Below are positions 27,059-37,266 of a stretch of DNA of 64,000 nt, piece after piece. This DNA is from Desulfobacterales bacterium. GTDB lineage: Bacteria; Desulfobacterota; Desulfobacteria; Desulfobacterales; UBA5852. The stretch's first letter is position 1. Every line of letters starts with the position of its first letter. Location of the stretch: contig CAXXVS010000002.1 of the NCBI GenBank assembly GCA_963674755.2, forward strand, positions 1,280,001 to 1,344,000, given 5' to 3'. Under the pieces are notes generated by a model, which made no database searches, was not told where the DNA came from, and saw only the letters and a list, made by a program, of their open reading frames with translations. The translations under genes and the position numbers were made by a program.

Positions 27059-29167
27059 GTGGCCAACAATCTCTACATCACATCTTTGGCACCCCGCAGC
27101 GGGAAATCGGTCATGAGTCTCGGCATCATGGAGATGCTGTCCCGCCGTATCCGGAAAATCGGCTTTTTCCGTCCTATCATTCCGGAGGGCGGGCAAGACA
27201 ACAATATCCAGCTCATTTTAAAGCGCTATGCCTTGGACCTCCCCTACGAAGCCATGTATGCCTATAGCCACGAGAAAGCCATGGAATTGTTCACCCGCGG
27301 CGAGACCGACGAACTGATCAAGGGGATCGTGGCCAAATACAAGGCGCTGGAAAGCCGCTGCAACTTTGTCTTATGCGAAGGAACGGATTATACCGGCGTC
27401 TCTTCAGCGTTTGAGCTCGACTTCAACGCGGCCGTAGCCAACAATCTGGGCGCCCCGATTTTAACCGTCGTCAACGGCCGCGATAAAAGCATCCCAGAGG
27501 TTCGGGATGCGGTGCGCATTGCCGAAGAAGCCTTTACGCAGCAGGGATGCGTGATTCTGGCCACCATCGTCAACCGCTATACGGGCGATGATCTCCCCCA
27601 ACTGGCGCTTGCAATGCGCCCGGCGAACGACCAGCAGCCGCCGGTATATGTGATCCCCAACGAAGACATTCTGGGCAAACCCACGGTGGGGGAAATCGCC
27701 CGGGCGCTGACCGGCAGCTGCATCCAGTGCGAACCGGACGGCATGAACCGTGAAGTCGGACAAATCCTGGTGGCGGCCATGCAATTGCGCAATTTTCTGG
27801 ACTACCTCCAGGAAGGCGCCCTGATCATCGCCCCGGGGGACCGCGCCGATATCATCCTGGGGACCCTGGCGACATTCTTTTCCGAAACCTACCCCAACGT
27901 GGCCGGCATCGTGCTGACCGGCGGCCTGTCCCCCGAACCACCGGTGCAGCGGCTGATCGATGGCCTGCGCAGCACGCCGATATCGCGTCTGCCCACGCCG
28001 ATCATCAGCGTGGCAACGGACACCTTTCATACCGCCACCAACGCTTATACTGTTCGCGCGACCCTCACACCGGACAACGAGCGGAAAATCGCCACGGCCC
28101 TGGGGCTTTTTGAAACCCACGTGGATGTGGAAGGCCTCGAGAAGCGCATTGCGGTGACCCGCTCAATCCGCAAGACGCCTATCATGTTCCAGTATCAGCT
28201 CATCGAGCGTGCCAAAGCCCGACGACGGCACATTGTCCTGCCCGAAGGCGTGGAGGACCGTATCCTGCGGGCCGCTGAAATTCTCTCGCGACGCGGCGTC
28301 GCCCACCTGACCCTGCTGGGGGATACAGCCAAGATCGAACAGAAAATCACCCGGCTCGGCCTGCAACTGAAGGATGTCCCCATTATCGACCCCCTCACAT
28401 CCAGCCTGCGCGAGGACTATGCGGCCTTTTACTATGATCTGCGCAAACACAAGGGCATCAATGAAGAAATGGCCCGGGACGCCATGACCGACGTGAGCTA
28501 TTTCGGGACCATGATGGTACACCTGGGCCAGGCCGACGGCATGGTGTCAGGTGCCATCCACACCACGGCCCATACCATCCGGCCGGCCTTTGAAATCATC
28601 CGCACCAAGGCGGACTGTTCTATCGTCTCCAGCGTCTTTTTCATGTGTCTGCAGGACCGGGTGCTGGTCTACGGCGATTGTGCCATCAATCCCAACCCGA
28701 GTGCGGTTCAGTTGGCCGACATTGCCGTCAGCTCGGCCGAAACAGCCGCTAAATTCGGCGTGGAGCCGCGGGTGGCCATGCTCTCCTATTCCACAGGGGC
28801 TTCCGGCAAGGGCGAAGATGTCGATAACGTGCGCGCCGCCACGCAGTTGGTAAGGGAACGCCGGCCGGATCTGCAGATCGAAGGGCCCATCCAATACGAT
28901 GCCGCCATCGACGCCAGTGTGGCCCGTACCAAGATGCCCAACAGTGCGGTTGCCGGGAAGGCCACGGTCTTTATCTTCCCGGATCTGAATACCGGCAACA
29001 ACACCTACAAAGCTGTCCAGCGATCCGCCCACGCCATCGCCGTGGGCCCTGTCCTGCAGGGCCTCAACAAACCGGTCAATGATTTGAGCCGCGGATGCCT
29101 CGTGGAAGACATCGTCAACACGGTGGCCATTACCGCCATCCAGGCTCAAGAAGAACAGGCGCGCTAA
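27059..29167 (+). CDS. pta: Phosphate acetyltransferase (long form)
   Basis: SGKS N-terminus, DRTGG-like region, IVLPEG, FIFPDLNTGNNTYKAVQR, DLSRGC. Confidence 0.97.
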   Translation: MANNLYITSLAPRSGKSVMSLGIMEMLSRRIRKIGFFRPIIPEGGQDNNIQLILKRYALDLPYEAMYAYSHEKAMELFTRGETDELIKGIVAKYKALESRCNFVLCEGTDYTGVSSAFELDFNAAVANNLGAPILTVVNGRDKSIPEVRDAVRIAEEAFTQQGCVILATIVNRYTGDDLPQLALAMRPANDQQPPVYVIPNEDILGKPTVGEIARALTGSCIQCEPDGMNREVGQILVAAMQLRNFLDYLQEGALIIAPGDRADIILGTLATFFSETYPNVAGIVLTGGLSPEPPVQRLIDGLRSTPISRLPTPIISVATDTFHTATNAYTVRATLTPDNERKIATALGLFETHVDVEGLEKRIAVTRSIRKTPIMFQYQLIERAKARRRHIVLPEGVEDRILRAAEILSRRGVAHLTLLGDTAKIEQKITRLGLQLKDVPIIDPLTSSLREDYAAFYYDLRKHKGINEEMARDAMTDVSYFGTMMVHLGQADGMVSGAIHTTAHTIRPAFEIIRTKADCSIVSSVFFMCLQDRVLVYGDCAINPNPSAVQLADIAVSSAETAAKFGVEPRVAMLSYSTGASGKGEDVDNVRAATQLVRERRPDLQIEGPIQYDAAIDASVARTKMPNSAVAGKATVFIFPDLNTGNNTYKAVQRSAHAIAVGPVLQGLNKPVNDLSRGCLVEDIVNTVAITAIQAQEEQAR

Positions 29168-29209
29168 AGAGAAGCCTTAACACCAGCCCTCACAGGAAAT
29201 GACGCCTTC

Positions 29210-30424
29210 ATGAAAATCATGGTCATCAATTCCGGCAGTTCATCAATCAAATACCAGATTTTCGAGATGCAGGATCGATCGGTACTGGCATCCGGACTGG
29301 TGGAAAAAATCGGCGAGCCCGATGGTCGCCTCACCCAACAGACCAAAGCCGGGGGCCGCGCTTTCGAGACCATCGAAAATACCCTGCCGATTGCCGATCA
29401 CAAAGCCGGCTTTGACCTGATCAACGCAACCCTCAAGGAAACCGGAGCCCTGGCCGACATGGCCGAATTGGTCGGCATCGGGCACCGCGTGGTCCACGGC
29501 GGCGAGGCCTTCCAACAGCCCACCCTGATCGATGCCGAGGTTATCGGCACCATTCGCTCGCTGATTCCCTTGGCTCCCTTGCACAACCCGGCCAATCTAA
29601 CCGGAATCGAGGTGGCCCTGGCCATTGCCCCGCAAGTACCCCAGGTGGCGATTTTCGACACGGCTTTCCACCAGAGTCTACCGCCCCACGCTTTCCGCTA
29701 CGCCCTGCCGCGGGAACTCTACGAGCGGCATGCCATTCGCCGCTACGGATTCCACGGAACCTCCCATTTCTATGTGGCCAAGCAGGCGGCCCGCATGCTG
29801 AAGCACCCCTTGGAATCCCTCAGTTTGATCACCCTACATCTGGGCAACGGCGCCAGCGCGGCAGCGATCCGCGACGGTAAGAGCATCGACACCTCCATGG
29901 GGCTGACGCCGCTGGAAGGGTTGATCATGGGCACCCGCTGCGGCGACCTGGATCCGGCCATCATTTTTTATCTGGCCCGGGAGACCGGCCGCAGCGTGGA
30001 GGCCATCGACGATCTGCTCAACAGAGACAGCGGCCTGCGGGGCATCTGCGGCGCCAACGACATGCGCGAAATCCATCGTCTCGCGGAGGCCGGGGACCCG
30101 GCCGCGCAGCTGGCCATCGACATGTACGTCTATCGTCTACGGAAGTATATCGGCAGCTACAGCGCCGCCCTGGGCCGGCTGGAGGCCATCATCTTTACCG
30201 GCGGCATCGGCGAAAATGCCGGCTCCATTCGCGCAGCCGTCTGTCGCGATATGGCCCTGTTCGGTCTTGAGATCGACCTCGCCAAGAATGACGCGCCCTC
30301 ACGGGAGGCCCGCGAAATCCAGGACGACACCAGCCGCGTCAAGATCCTCGTGATCCCCACCAACGAAGAACTTGAAATTGCCGATCAGACTAAGGTATTG
30401 TTGTCGCAAGCAGGCCTGATTTAA
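29210..30424 (+). CDS. ackA: Acetate kinase
   Basis: INSGSSSIKY, GHRVVHGG, APLHNP, FTGGIGEN, PTNEEL. Confidence 0.98.
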   Translation: MKIMVINSGSSSIKYQIFEMQDRSVLASGLVEKIGEPDGRLTQQTKAGGRAFETIENTLPIADHKAGFDLINATLKETGALADMAELVGIGHRVVHGGEAFQQPTLIDAEVIGTIRSLIPLAPLHNPANLTGIEVALAIAPQVPQVAIFDTAFHQSLPPHAFRYALPRELYERHAIRRYGFHGTSHFYVAKQAARMLKHPLESLSLITLHLGNGASAAAIRDGKSIDTSMGLTPLEGLIMGTRCGDLDPAIIFYLARETGRSVEAIDDLLNRDSGLRGICGANDMREIHRLAEAGDPAAQLAIDMYVYRLRKYIGSYSAALGRLEAIIFTGGIGENAGSIRAAVCRDMALFGLEIDLAKNDAPSREAREIQDDTSRVKILVIPTNEELEIADQTKVLLSQAGLI

Positions 30425-30633
30425 AGCGCACCTCCCGGCGCGCCTGTCAGTGCGGCCGGCGCCGCAGGCGTCCGCCGGGCAGCGCTCCTGCCATGCCGTC
30501 GAGCGGCGGTGCATCCCCCGGCGCTGTCGATGGGCCGTATTGTTTTTCGCCCAATCGGTTCTAGTATATATTCCGGTACACCGTTTGTGAAATCCCTTCA
30601 TACCCTTCAACGGTCGAACAGGAGACCGCATCC

Positions 30634-32292
30634 ATGACACCACTGACACCCTTGACATCCTTCCGGGGCCCGCGCGGTCCTGTGATCCTTTTGATAATGG
30701 ACGGGATCGGCATCGGACGTTTTCCGGAAGGCGACATGGTACGCCAGGCCAACACCCCGGTCTTGGACTGGCTGGCCGACCACAGCCTGACCACCCGTCT
30801 CAAAGCCCATGGCACGGCGGTGGGCATGCCCTCGGACAGTGATATGGGCAACAGCGAGGTCGGCCACAATGCCATCGGCTGCGGACGGGTGTTCGAACAG
30901 GGCGCCGCTTTAGTCAACGCGTCCATTGCCGACGGCGCCCTTTTCAAGGGAAAGGTGTGGCAGGAGCTGATCACCAATGCCGCGCGCCCGGGTCAAAGCC
31001 TCCATTTCATCGGACTGCTCTCCGACGGCAACGTCCACAGCCACATCGATCACCTGGAAGCCCTGCTCGCCGAAGCCCGGCGCAGCGGGGTGACCAAGGC
31101 CCGGGTGCACGCCCTGCTGGACGGCCGCGATGTGCCGTCGACCTCGGCGCTGACCTACATCGATCGCCTGGAAACGGTTTTGGCCGACCTCAACCAATCA
31201 GGCGGTGTCGATTTCGCCATTGCCTCCGGCGGCGGTCGCATGAAGATCACCATGGACCGCTACGAGGCCGACTGGGACATGGTGGCCCGCGGCTGGCAGA
31301 CCCATGTCAAAGGCGAAGGTCGGGGGTTTGTATCCAGCCGTGAGGCCATCGAGACCTATCGGAAGGAGCATCCCGGCGTCATCGATCAGGATCTGCCGCC
31401 CTTCGTGATTCAGCGTGATGGGGCACCGGTTGGACCCATCCGGGATGGCGACAGCGTCATTTTCTTCAATTTCCGCGGCGATCGGGCCATCGAAATCAGC
31501 AAGGCCTTCGAAGAGCAGACCTTTTCCCATTTTGAGCGGCAGCCCTTCCCCCAGGTCCAGTATGCCGGCATGATGCAGTATGACGGCGATGCTTTGATCC
31601 CCAAGCGTTATCTGGTCGATCCCCCGGGCATCGATCGCACCATGGGCGAGTATCTGGCCAAAAGCGGCGTGCGCCAACTGGCCATCAGCGAAACCCAGAA
31701 ATTCGGTCATGTGACGTATTTTTTCAACGGCAACCGCACCGGGAAGTTCGACGAATCCCTGGAAGATTATATCGAAGTCCCCTCGGACCGCGTTCCCTTC
31801 GAAGAGCGCCCCTGGATGAAGGCCGCGGAAATCACGGACAAGGTAGTGGAAGCCGTCCAGGCCAACCGGCACCGCTTCATCCGCCTGAATTATGCCAACG
31901 GCGACATGGTGGGCCATACCGGAATCCTTCCGGCGGTGGAAATCGCCGTGGAAACGGTGGATCTCTGCCTGGGAAGGATGCTGCAGGCCGTTCAAGCAAG
32001 CGAAGGCCTCCTGATCGTTTCGGCCGACCATGGCAATGCGGACGATATGTTCGAACGCAACAAAAAAACAGGCGCCGTCATGATCGAAGACGGCACAGGC
32101 CTTCCCAAAACCAAGACCTCCCATTCCCTCAACCCGGTTCCGGTGTATATTTACGAGCCCACCGGCCGCATACCCCTGCGGCTTTCCCGGCACAAGGATC
32201 TGGGCATCAGCAGCCTGGCCGCAACAACCCTGACCCTGCTGGGGTTTGAACCGCCGGCGGATTATACGCCGAGTATTGTGGATCTCGGATGA
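30634..32292 (+). CDS. gpmI: 2,3-bisphosphoglycerate-independent phosphoglycerate mutase
   Basis: MGNSEVGHN, LSDGNVHSH, LDGRD, DMVGHTG, ADHGN. Confidence 0.96.
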   Translation: MTPLTPLTSFRGPRGPVILLIMDGIGIGRFPEGDMVRQANTPVLDWLADHSLTTRLKAHGTAVGMPSDSDMGNSEVGHNAIGCGRVFEQGAALVNASIADGALFKGKVWQELITNAARPGQSLHFIGLLSDGNVHSHIDHLEALLAEARRSGVTKARVHALLDGRDVPSTSALTYIDRLETVLADLNQSGGVDFAIASGGGRMKITMDRYEADWDMVARGWQTHVKGEGRGFVSSREAIETYRKEHPGVIDQDLPPFVIQRDGAPVGPIRDGDSVIFFNFRGDRAIEISKAFEEQTFSHFERQPFPQVQYAGMMQYDGDALIPKRYLVDPPGIDRTMGEYLAKSGVRQLAISETQKFGHVTYFFNGNRTGKFDESLEDYIEVPSDRVPFEERPWMKAAEITDKVVEAVQANRHRFIRLNYANGDMVGHTGILPAVEIAVETVDLCLGRMLQAVQASEGLLIVSADHGNADDMFERNKKTGAVMIEDGTGLPKTKTSHSLNPVPVYIYEPTGRIPLRLSRHKDLGISSLAATTLTLLGFEPPADYTPSIVDLG

Positions 32293-32392
32293 ACCCTCTC
32301 GATTCACGACTGCTCAGCCCCCAGTCGCGACCGGTCGTATACTGAAAACGTGGCACGCGCAAATTTGACGAAAATACTAAGCGAGGTGAAGC

Positions 32393-33589
32393 ATGGCAAA
32401 ACTGACGGTGGATGATTTGGTCGTAGAAGACCAAAGGGTATTGATGCGTGTGGATTTCAACGTCCCGCTCAAAGACGGGCAGGTGGCGGACGATACGCGT
32501 ATCCGGGCCGCCCTGCCGACGATTCAAACCATCCTGGCGCGCGGCGGCCGTCTGGTGCTCATGTCCCATCTGGGCCGCCCCAAAGGGCAGCGCGTGCCCG
32601 AACTCTCCCTGGCGCCCTGCGCCCGGGTCCTGCAAGATCTGCTGCAGCAGCCGGTGACCTTCGTGGACGACTGTATCGGTCCGGCCGTGGAAGCCGCCGC
32701 CGACCTGCTGAGCAACGGTGAGCTCATGCTGCTGGAGAACCTGCGCTTCCACCGGGAGGAAACCGACAACAATCCGGGGTTTGCCGCCAAGTTGGCCCGC
32801 CTGGGGGATGTCTACGTCAACGATGCCTTCGGCACGGCCCATCGCGCCCACGCCTCCACGGAAGGGGTCACCCACCATATCGATCTGTGTGCCGCCGGAT
32901 ATCTGCTGATGAAAGAGATCAACTATCTCGGGCGGGTTATCGAAACACCCCAAAAGCCGTTCGTGGCCGTTCTGGGCGGCGCCAAGATCTCCGGCAAAAT
33001 CGATGTGATCGATCACCTGCTGGACAAGGTGGACCATATTCTCGTGGGCGGCGGCATGGCCTATACTTTTTTCAAAGCCCAAGGTTACGGCATCGGTACT
33101 TCGCTGTTGGAGGAAGATCGCGTCGACATGGCCCGCCGCCTTCTGGAAAAAGCCAACGGCAAGATCATCCTGCCCAGCGACACCCTGGTCACCGACCGGC
33201 TTGATATCAAAGAGGGCACCATCGGGAACCTCAAGGCCGTGCCGGTGGACGCCATCCCCGATGGCTGGTGCGGCGTGGATATCGGGCCCCAGACCCTTAC
33301 AAACTATGGCCGGACCCTGCGTGCGGCCCGTACCGTGGTGTGGAACGGCCCCATGGGAATCTTCGAGCTGCCGGCCAGTGCCGAAGGAACCTTCGCCCTG
33401 GCTCGCCTTATGGCCGATATTACCGCCGCCGGGGCGATCACGGTGATCGGGGGCGGCGACTCGGCCCGGGCCGTAGCAGATGCCGGTGTGGCTCAGAACG
33501 TCTCGCATGTCTCCACCGGGGGCGGCGCTTCGCTCGAGATGCTGGAGGGCAAGGTCCTACCCGGTCTGGCGGCCTTGACGGATAAATGA
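32393..33589 (+). CDS. pgk: Phosphoglycerate kinase
   Basis: [39 protein letters not shown]. Confidence 0.98.
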   Translation: MAKLTVDDLVVEDQRVLMRVDFNVPLKDGQVADDTRIRAALPTIQTILARGGRLVLMSHLGRPKGQRVPELSLAPCARVLQDLLQQPVTFVDDCIGPAVEAAADLLSNGELMLLENLRFHREETDNNPGFAAKLARLGDVYVNDAFGTAHRAHASTEGVTHHIDLCAAGYLLMKEINYLGRVIETPQKPFVAVLGGAKISGKIDVIDHLLDKVDHILVGGGMAYTFFKAQGYGIGTSLLEEDRVDMARRLLEKANGKIILPSDTLVTDRLDIKEGTIGNLKAVPVDAIPDGWCGVDIGPQTLTNYGRTLRAARTVVWNGPMGIFELPASAEGTFALARLMADITAAGAITVIGGGDSARAVADAGVAQNVSHVSTGGGASLEMLEGKVLPGLAALTDK

Positions 33590-33600
33590 AGGGGGTCCCC

Positions 33601-35727
33601 ATGACAGCGGTCAACGACCTGTTAAACCAAGTACGCCAAGGCTTTCAGGGCCTCGATGTCCCCGACCGATACAAGAACAGGGCGCTGGAATGGCTTACCC
33701 GCTGGATGACCGATCCGGTCTTCCAGGACTATCGGCCCCAGATCAGCTACCTGATCGAAACCCAACGCTGGGAGTTTCTGCTGGATGCCTTCTACCAGGT
33801 CATTCCTTTCGGCACCGGCGGCCGCCGGGGCCTGGTGGGGATCGGCCCCAACCGCATCAACCCCTGGACCATCCGCTCTTCCGCCCAGGGACATGCCCAG
33901 TACCTGATCCAGCAGTTCGGCGACGAGGCCCGGCGACGCGGCATCGTGTTGACCTATGACGTGCGACGTTTTTCCGAAAAGCAGCCCTATGCCCAGGATC
34001 GGCCCAATCCGGTGCAGAATCTGGACGGACGGGATCTGGCCGTGGCGGCCGCGGAAGTCTATGCGGCCAACGGCATCCGCGTCTATATGTTCGACGGGGT
34101 GCGCAGCACACCCCAGTTGTCCTTCACCATCCGCCATCTTAACGGCATCTCCGGAGACATGTTCAGCGCCAGCCACAACCTGCCCAGCGACAACGGCAAA
34201 AAAGTCTATGACCGCTTCGGCGGCCAATTGATCCCGCCGGAGGATCAAACTCTGGTGGATGAAGTCAGCGAGCATGTCTCCCGGATTCGCACCCTGCCCT
34301 ACCGGGAGGCAGTGGAGCAGGGGCTCATCCACCCACTCGGCGAAGAAGCGGATCAGGCCTACCAGCAGGCCGTGGCTGCCTTGAGCCGCTCCGGGGAACG
34401 CGGCATCCGTCTGCTCTACGCGCCCCTGCACGGCACCGGACTGACATCGGTCTACCCGATTTTAAAACAGCTGGGCTTCGACATCACCCTGGATCCGGCC
34501 ACCGCCAACCTGAGCGGCGCTTTCGAAAATGTCACCTTCCACATCCCCAACCCGGAAGTACGACAGTCCTTCGACAGTGCCCTGCCCCATGCCGCGAAGA
34601 TCCAGGCCGATCTGATCTTAAGCACCGATCCCGATGCGGATCGTATCGGGATCATGGTCCGCCACCAGGACGACTGGGTGTTTTTAACCGGCAACGAGAT
34701 CGGGATTCTGCTGGCCCACTACGGCATCCGTCAGGCCGAAGACCGCGGGGATTTGGGGGCCGACAGCACGATTATCAAGACCGATGTGACAACCTCGCTC
34801 ATTGCACGCCTGGCCGAATCCAAGGGCGTGTCGTGTATCGGCGACTTGCTGGTGGGGTTTAAATATATCGGGGCGGAGATGAACCGGCTGGACACCGCCG
34901 GGAAGATGCCGGGGTTTATTTTGGGGACCGAAGAAAGCCATGGCTACCTGATGGGCAACTATGCCCGGGACAAGGACGCCGCCGGGGCCGCCATCTGGAT
35001 GGCGGAATACGCCGCCGAACTCAAGCGCACAGGCCTGACCCTGGTGGACCAGCTTGAGCGCATCTATGCCGCCCATGGGTATTGCCACAACCATCTGACC
35101 GAAATCCGGCTGCTGGGCGCCGTGGGCATGGAGCAGATCGGGAGCATCATGGACGAGCTGCGCCGGCGGCCGCCGGAGGCCTTCGGTGATTTCGGCGTGC
35201 AATCCAAGCGCGACCGCTGGGAAGGCCCGCCCCAGCCGCACCTTTCCAGCACCGACACGGCCGCGCGCAACGTGCTCGTGTTTCACCTCCGGAACACAGA
35301 CGCGACCAGCAGCATGCGCGTGACCGTTCGCCCCTCGGGTACGGAACCCAAGGTCAAGATGTACTTCGAGGTGGTCGGCAAGCCTTGCCCGCTCGCGCAG
35401 CTCGACGCCGCCCGGGCCGCGATCCGTAAAACCGGCGAACACATCGAAAAGGCGGTCATGTTGCACTGCTACCGCATTCTGGGAATTGATTTTCCGGAAC
35501 GGGGCTTCCTCCTGTTCTGGCAGCTGCCCCTGACCGACAAACTGCATTATTTCGAGATCGAAGACGACATCGCCGCCTTGCAGCAATTGGCATCCCCTGG
35601 TGAGCGTCAAAATCGCCTGAATGCGATGCTGGCCTTTCTGGGCGCCAATCCGATCGAAAAAATTGACGACGCCTTCAAGGCCCGCTACGGGGAAAGCCTT
35701 CGCTCGTATCTGAAGATTGTGCCCTGA
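33601..35727 (+). CDS. Phospho-sugar mutase (PGM/PMM family)
   Basis: FGTGGRRG, SASHN, TDPDADR, GTEESHG, RPSGTEPKVK. Confidence 0.92.
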   Translation: MTAVNDLLNQVRQGFQGLDVPDRYKNRALEWLTRWMTDPVFQDYRPQISYLIETQRWEFLLDAFYQVIPFGTGGRRGLVGIGPNRINPWTIRSSAQGHAQYLIQQFGDEARRRGIVLTYDVRRFSEKQPYAQDRPNPVQNLDGRDLAVAAAEVYAANGIRVYMFDGVRSTPQLSFTIRHLNGISGDMFSASHNLPSDNGKKVYDRFGGQLIPPEDQTLVDEVSEHVSRIRTLPYREAVEQGLIHPLGEEADQAYQQAVAALSRSGERGIRLLYAPLHGTGLTSVYPILKQLGFDITLDPATANLSGAFENVTFHIPNPEVRQSFDSALPHAAKIQADLILSTDPDADRIGIMVRHQDDWVFLTGNEIGILLAHYGIRQAEDRGDLGADSTIIKTDVTTSLIARLAESKGVSCIGDLLVGFKYIGAEMNRLDTAGKMPGFILGTEESHGYLMGNYARDKDAAGAAIWMAEYAAELKRTGLTLVDQLERIYAAHGYCHNHLTEIRLLGAVGMEQIGSIMDELRRRPPEAFGDFGVQSKRDRWEGPPQPHLSSTDTAARNVLVFHLRNTDATSSMRVTVRPSGTEPKVKMYFEVVGKPCPLAQLDAARAAIRKTGEHIEKAVMLHCYRILGIDFPERGFLLFWQLPLTDKLHYFEIEDDIAALQQLASPGERQNRLNAMLAFLGANPIEKIDDAFKARYGESLRSYLKIVP

Positions 35728-35873
35728 GGCCTGGATAAAGGCTGTCAGGGCAGCCATTCGGGGACGGCTTCTTTCGCGCGCGAATTCGGTGCCTGGCGCG
35801 AAGGGGAAAAACGGCAGCGTCGTTCGGCTCGTGTTTGTCCCGAAATGGTTGATTTTAGCTGATAGGAGGGTCC

Positions 35874-37181
35874 ATGGCGCCTGACGACAAACGCTTCCAA
35901 TCCCGCCATATCGGTATCATCTCCACCCGCATCGCCGGCACCGACGGGGTTTCTCTGGAGACTGAAAAGTGGGCCGACGTTTTGGAGAAAGAAGGATTCA
36001 GCTGCTTTTATCTGGCCGGCGAACTGGACCGCCCGCCCGAACGCAGCATCGTGGTGGCGGAGGCTCATTTTACCCACCCCGACATCCAGGGCATTTACCG
36101 CGACTGCTTCGACCGCGAAATCCGCCAACGCCGCACCACCGAAAAACTCCACAGGCTCAAAAACCTTCTCAAGGATCATTTGGAAACATTCGTGAGACGC
36201 TTCGATCTCGGCCTGCTGCTGATCGAAAACGCCCTGACGATACCCCTGAACATCCCCTTAGGCGTCGCTCTGACCGAGTTCATCATGGAAACCGGCATCC
36301 CGACCATCGCCCACCACCACGATTTCTACTGGGAGCGCGACCGATTCACCAATAACGCCGTTGCCGACTATTTGAGTCTGGCGTTTCCGCCCAACCTGCC
36401 CAGTATCCGGCATGTGGTCATCAACTCCCACGCCAGCACGCAATTGAGCCTGCGCACCGGCATTTCCGCCCTGGTGTGCCCCAACGTCATGGATTTTGCC
36501 AACCCGCCGGAGCCGCCCGACGACTACGCCGCCGATGTGCGCCAGGCCCTGGGGTTGGAGGACGACGAACTATTGATTCTCCAGCCCACCCGGGTCGTCC
36601 AGCGCAAGGGCATCGAGCATGCCATCGAGCTGGTGCACCGCCTGGGCCGCAAGGCCAAATTGATCATATCCCATGCCTCGGGCGATGAAGGCTATGACTA
36701 CGAGCTGCGCCTGCGGGATTATTCCGATCTCATGGGGGTCAACACCCTCTTTGTCTCGGACATCATCAACGAGCATCGCGGCACGACGGACGACGGTCGC
36801 AAGATCTACACCCTGGAGGACATCTACCCCTTTGCCGACCTGGTGACCTACCCTTCCACTTTCGAAGGGTTCGGCAATGCCTTTCTGGAAGCAGTCTACT
36901 TTCGCAAACCCATCGTGGTGAACAACTATTCCATCTACCACAAGGACATCAAGCCCAAGGGCTTCCAAGTCATCGAAATCGACGGTTACGTGACCGAAGA
37001 GGCCGTCCAGAAAGCCTGCTGGGTGCTCAATGACCAGCGGTTGTGCAAACGCATGGTCGATCACAACTATGAACTGGGCCGCCGCTACTTTTCATATGAA
37101 GTACTGCACTCCCAGCTCAGGGCTTTCATGATGGTCAATCGTATGGGGGGGCGTGACGGTATACGGGGTGAAATTGGATGA
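35874..37181 (+). CDS. GT4-family glycosyltransferase, mannosylglucosylglycerate-synthase-like
   Basis: GTDGVSLETEKW, HHHDFYWERDRF, QPTRVVQRKGIE, EGFGNAFLEA. Confidence 0.85.
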   Translation: MAPDDKRFQSRHIGIISTRIAGTDGVSLETEKWADVLEKEGFSCFYLAGELDRPPERSIVVAEAHFTHPDIQGIYRDCFDREIRQRRTTEKLHRLKNLLKDHLETFVRRFDLGLLLIENALTIPLNIPLGVALTEFIMETGIPTIAHHHDFYWERDRFTNNAVADYLSLAFPPNLPSIRHVVINSHASTQLSLRTGISALVCPNVMDFANPPEPPDDYAADVRQALGLEDDELLILQPTRVVQRKGIEHAIELVHRLGRKAKLIISHASGDEGYDYELRLRDYSDLMGVNTLFVSDIINEHRGTTDDGRKIYTLEDIYPFADLVTYPSTFEGFGNAFLEAVYFRKPIVVNNYSIYHKDIKPKGFQVIEIDGYVTEEAVQKACWVLNDQRLCKRMVDHNYELGRRYFSYEVLHSQLRAFMMVNRMGGRDGIRGEIG

Positions 37182-37266
37182 ACGGGGTGAGCGCAGTGTC
37201 ATCACAGCCAGCCCGCCGAACAGGCGGGGATCGAAGCCAAGCCGCCTTCCGGTTCCTGGGCGGGCG

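Noticed and set aside
30584..30603. Rex operator (TTGTGAAATCCCTTCATA) upstream of gpmI
   Set aside because: Half-site spacing is off by one and the right half-site is mismatched.
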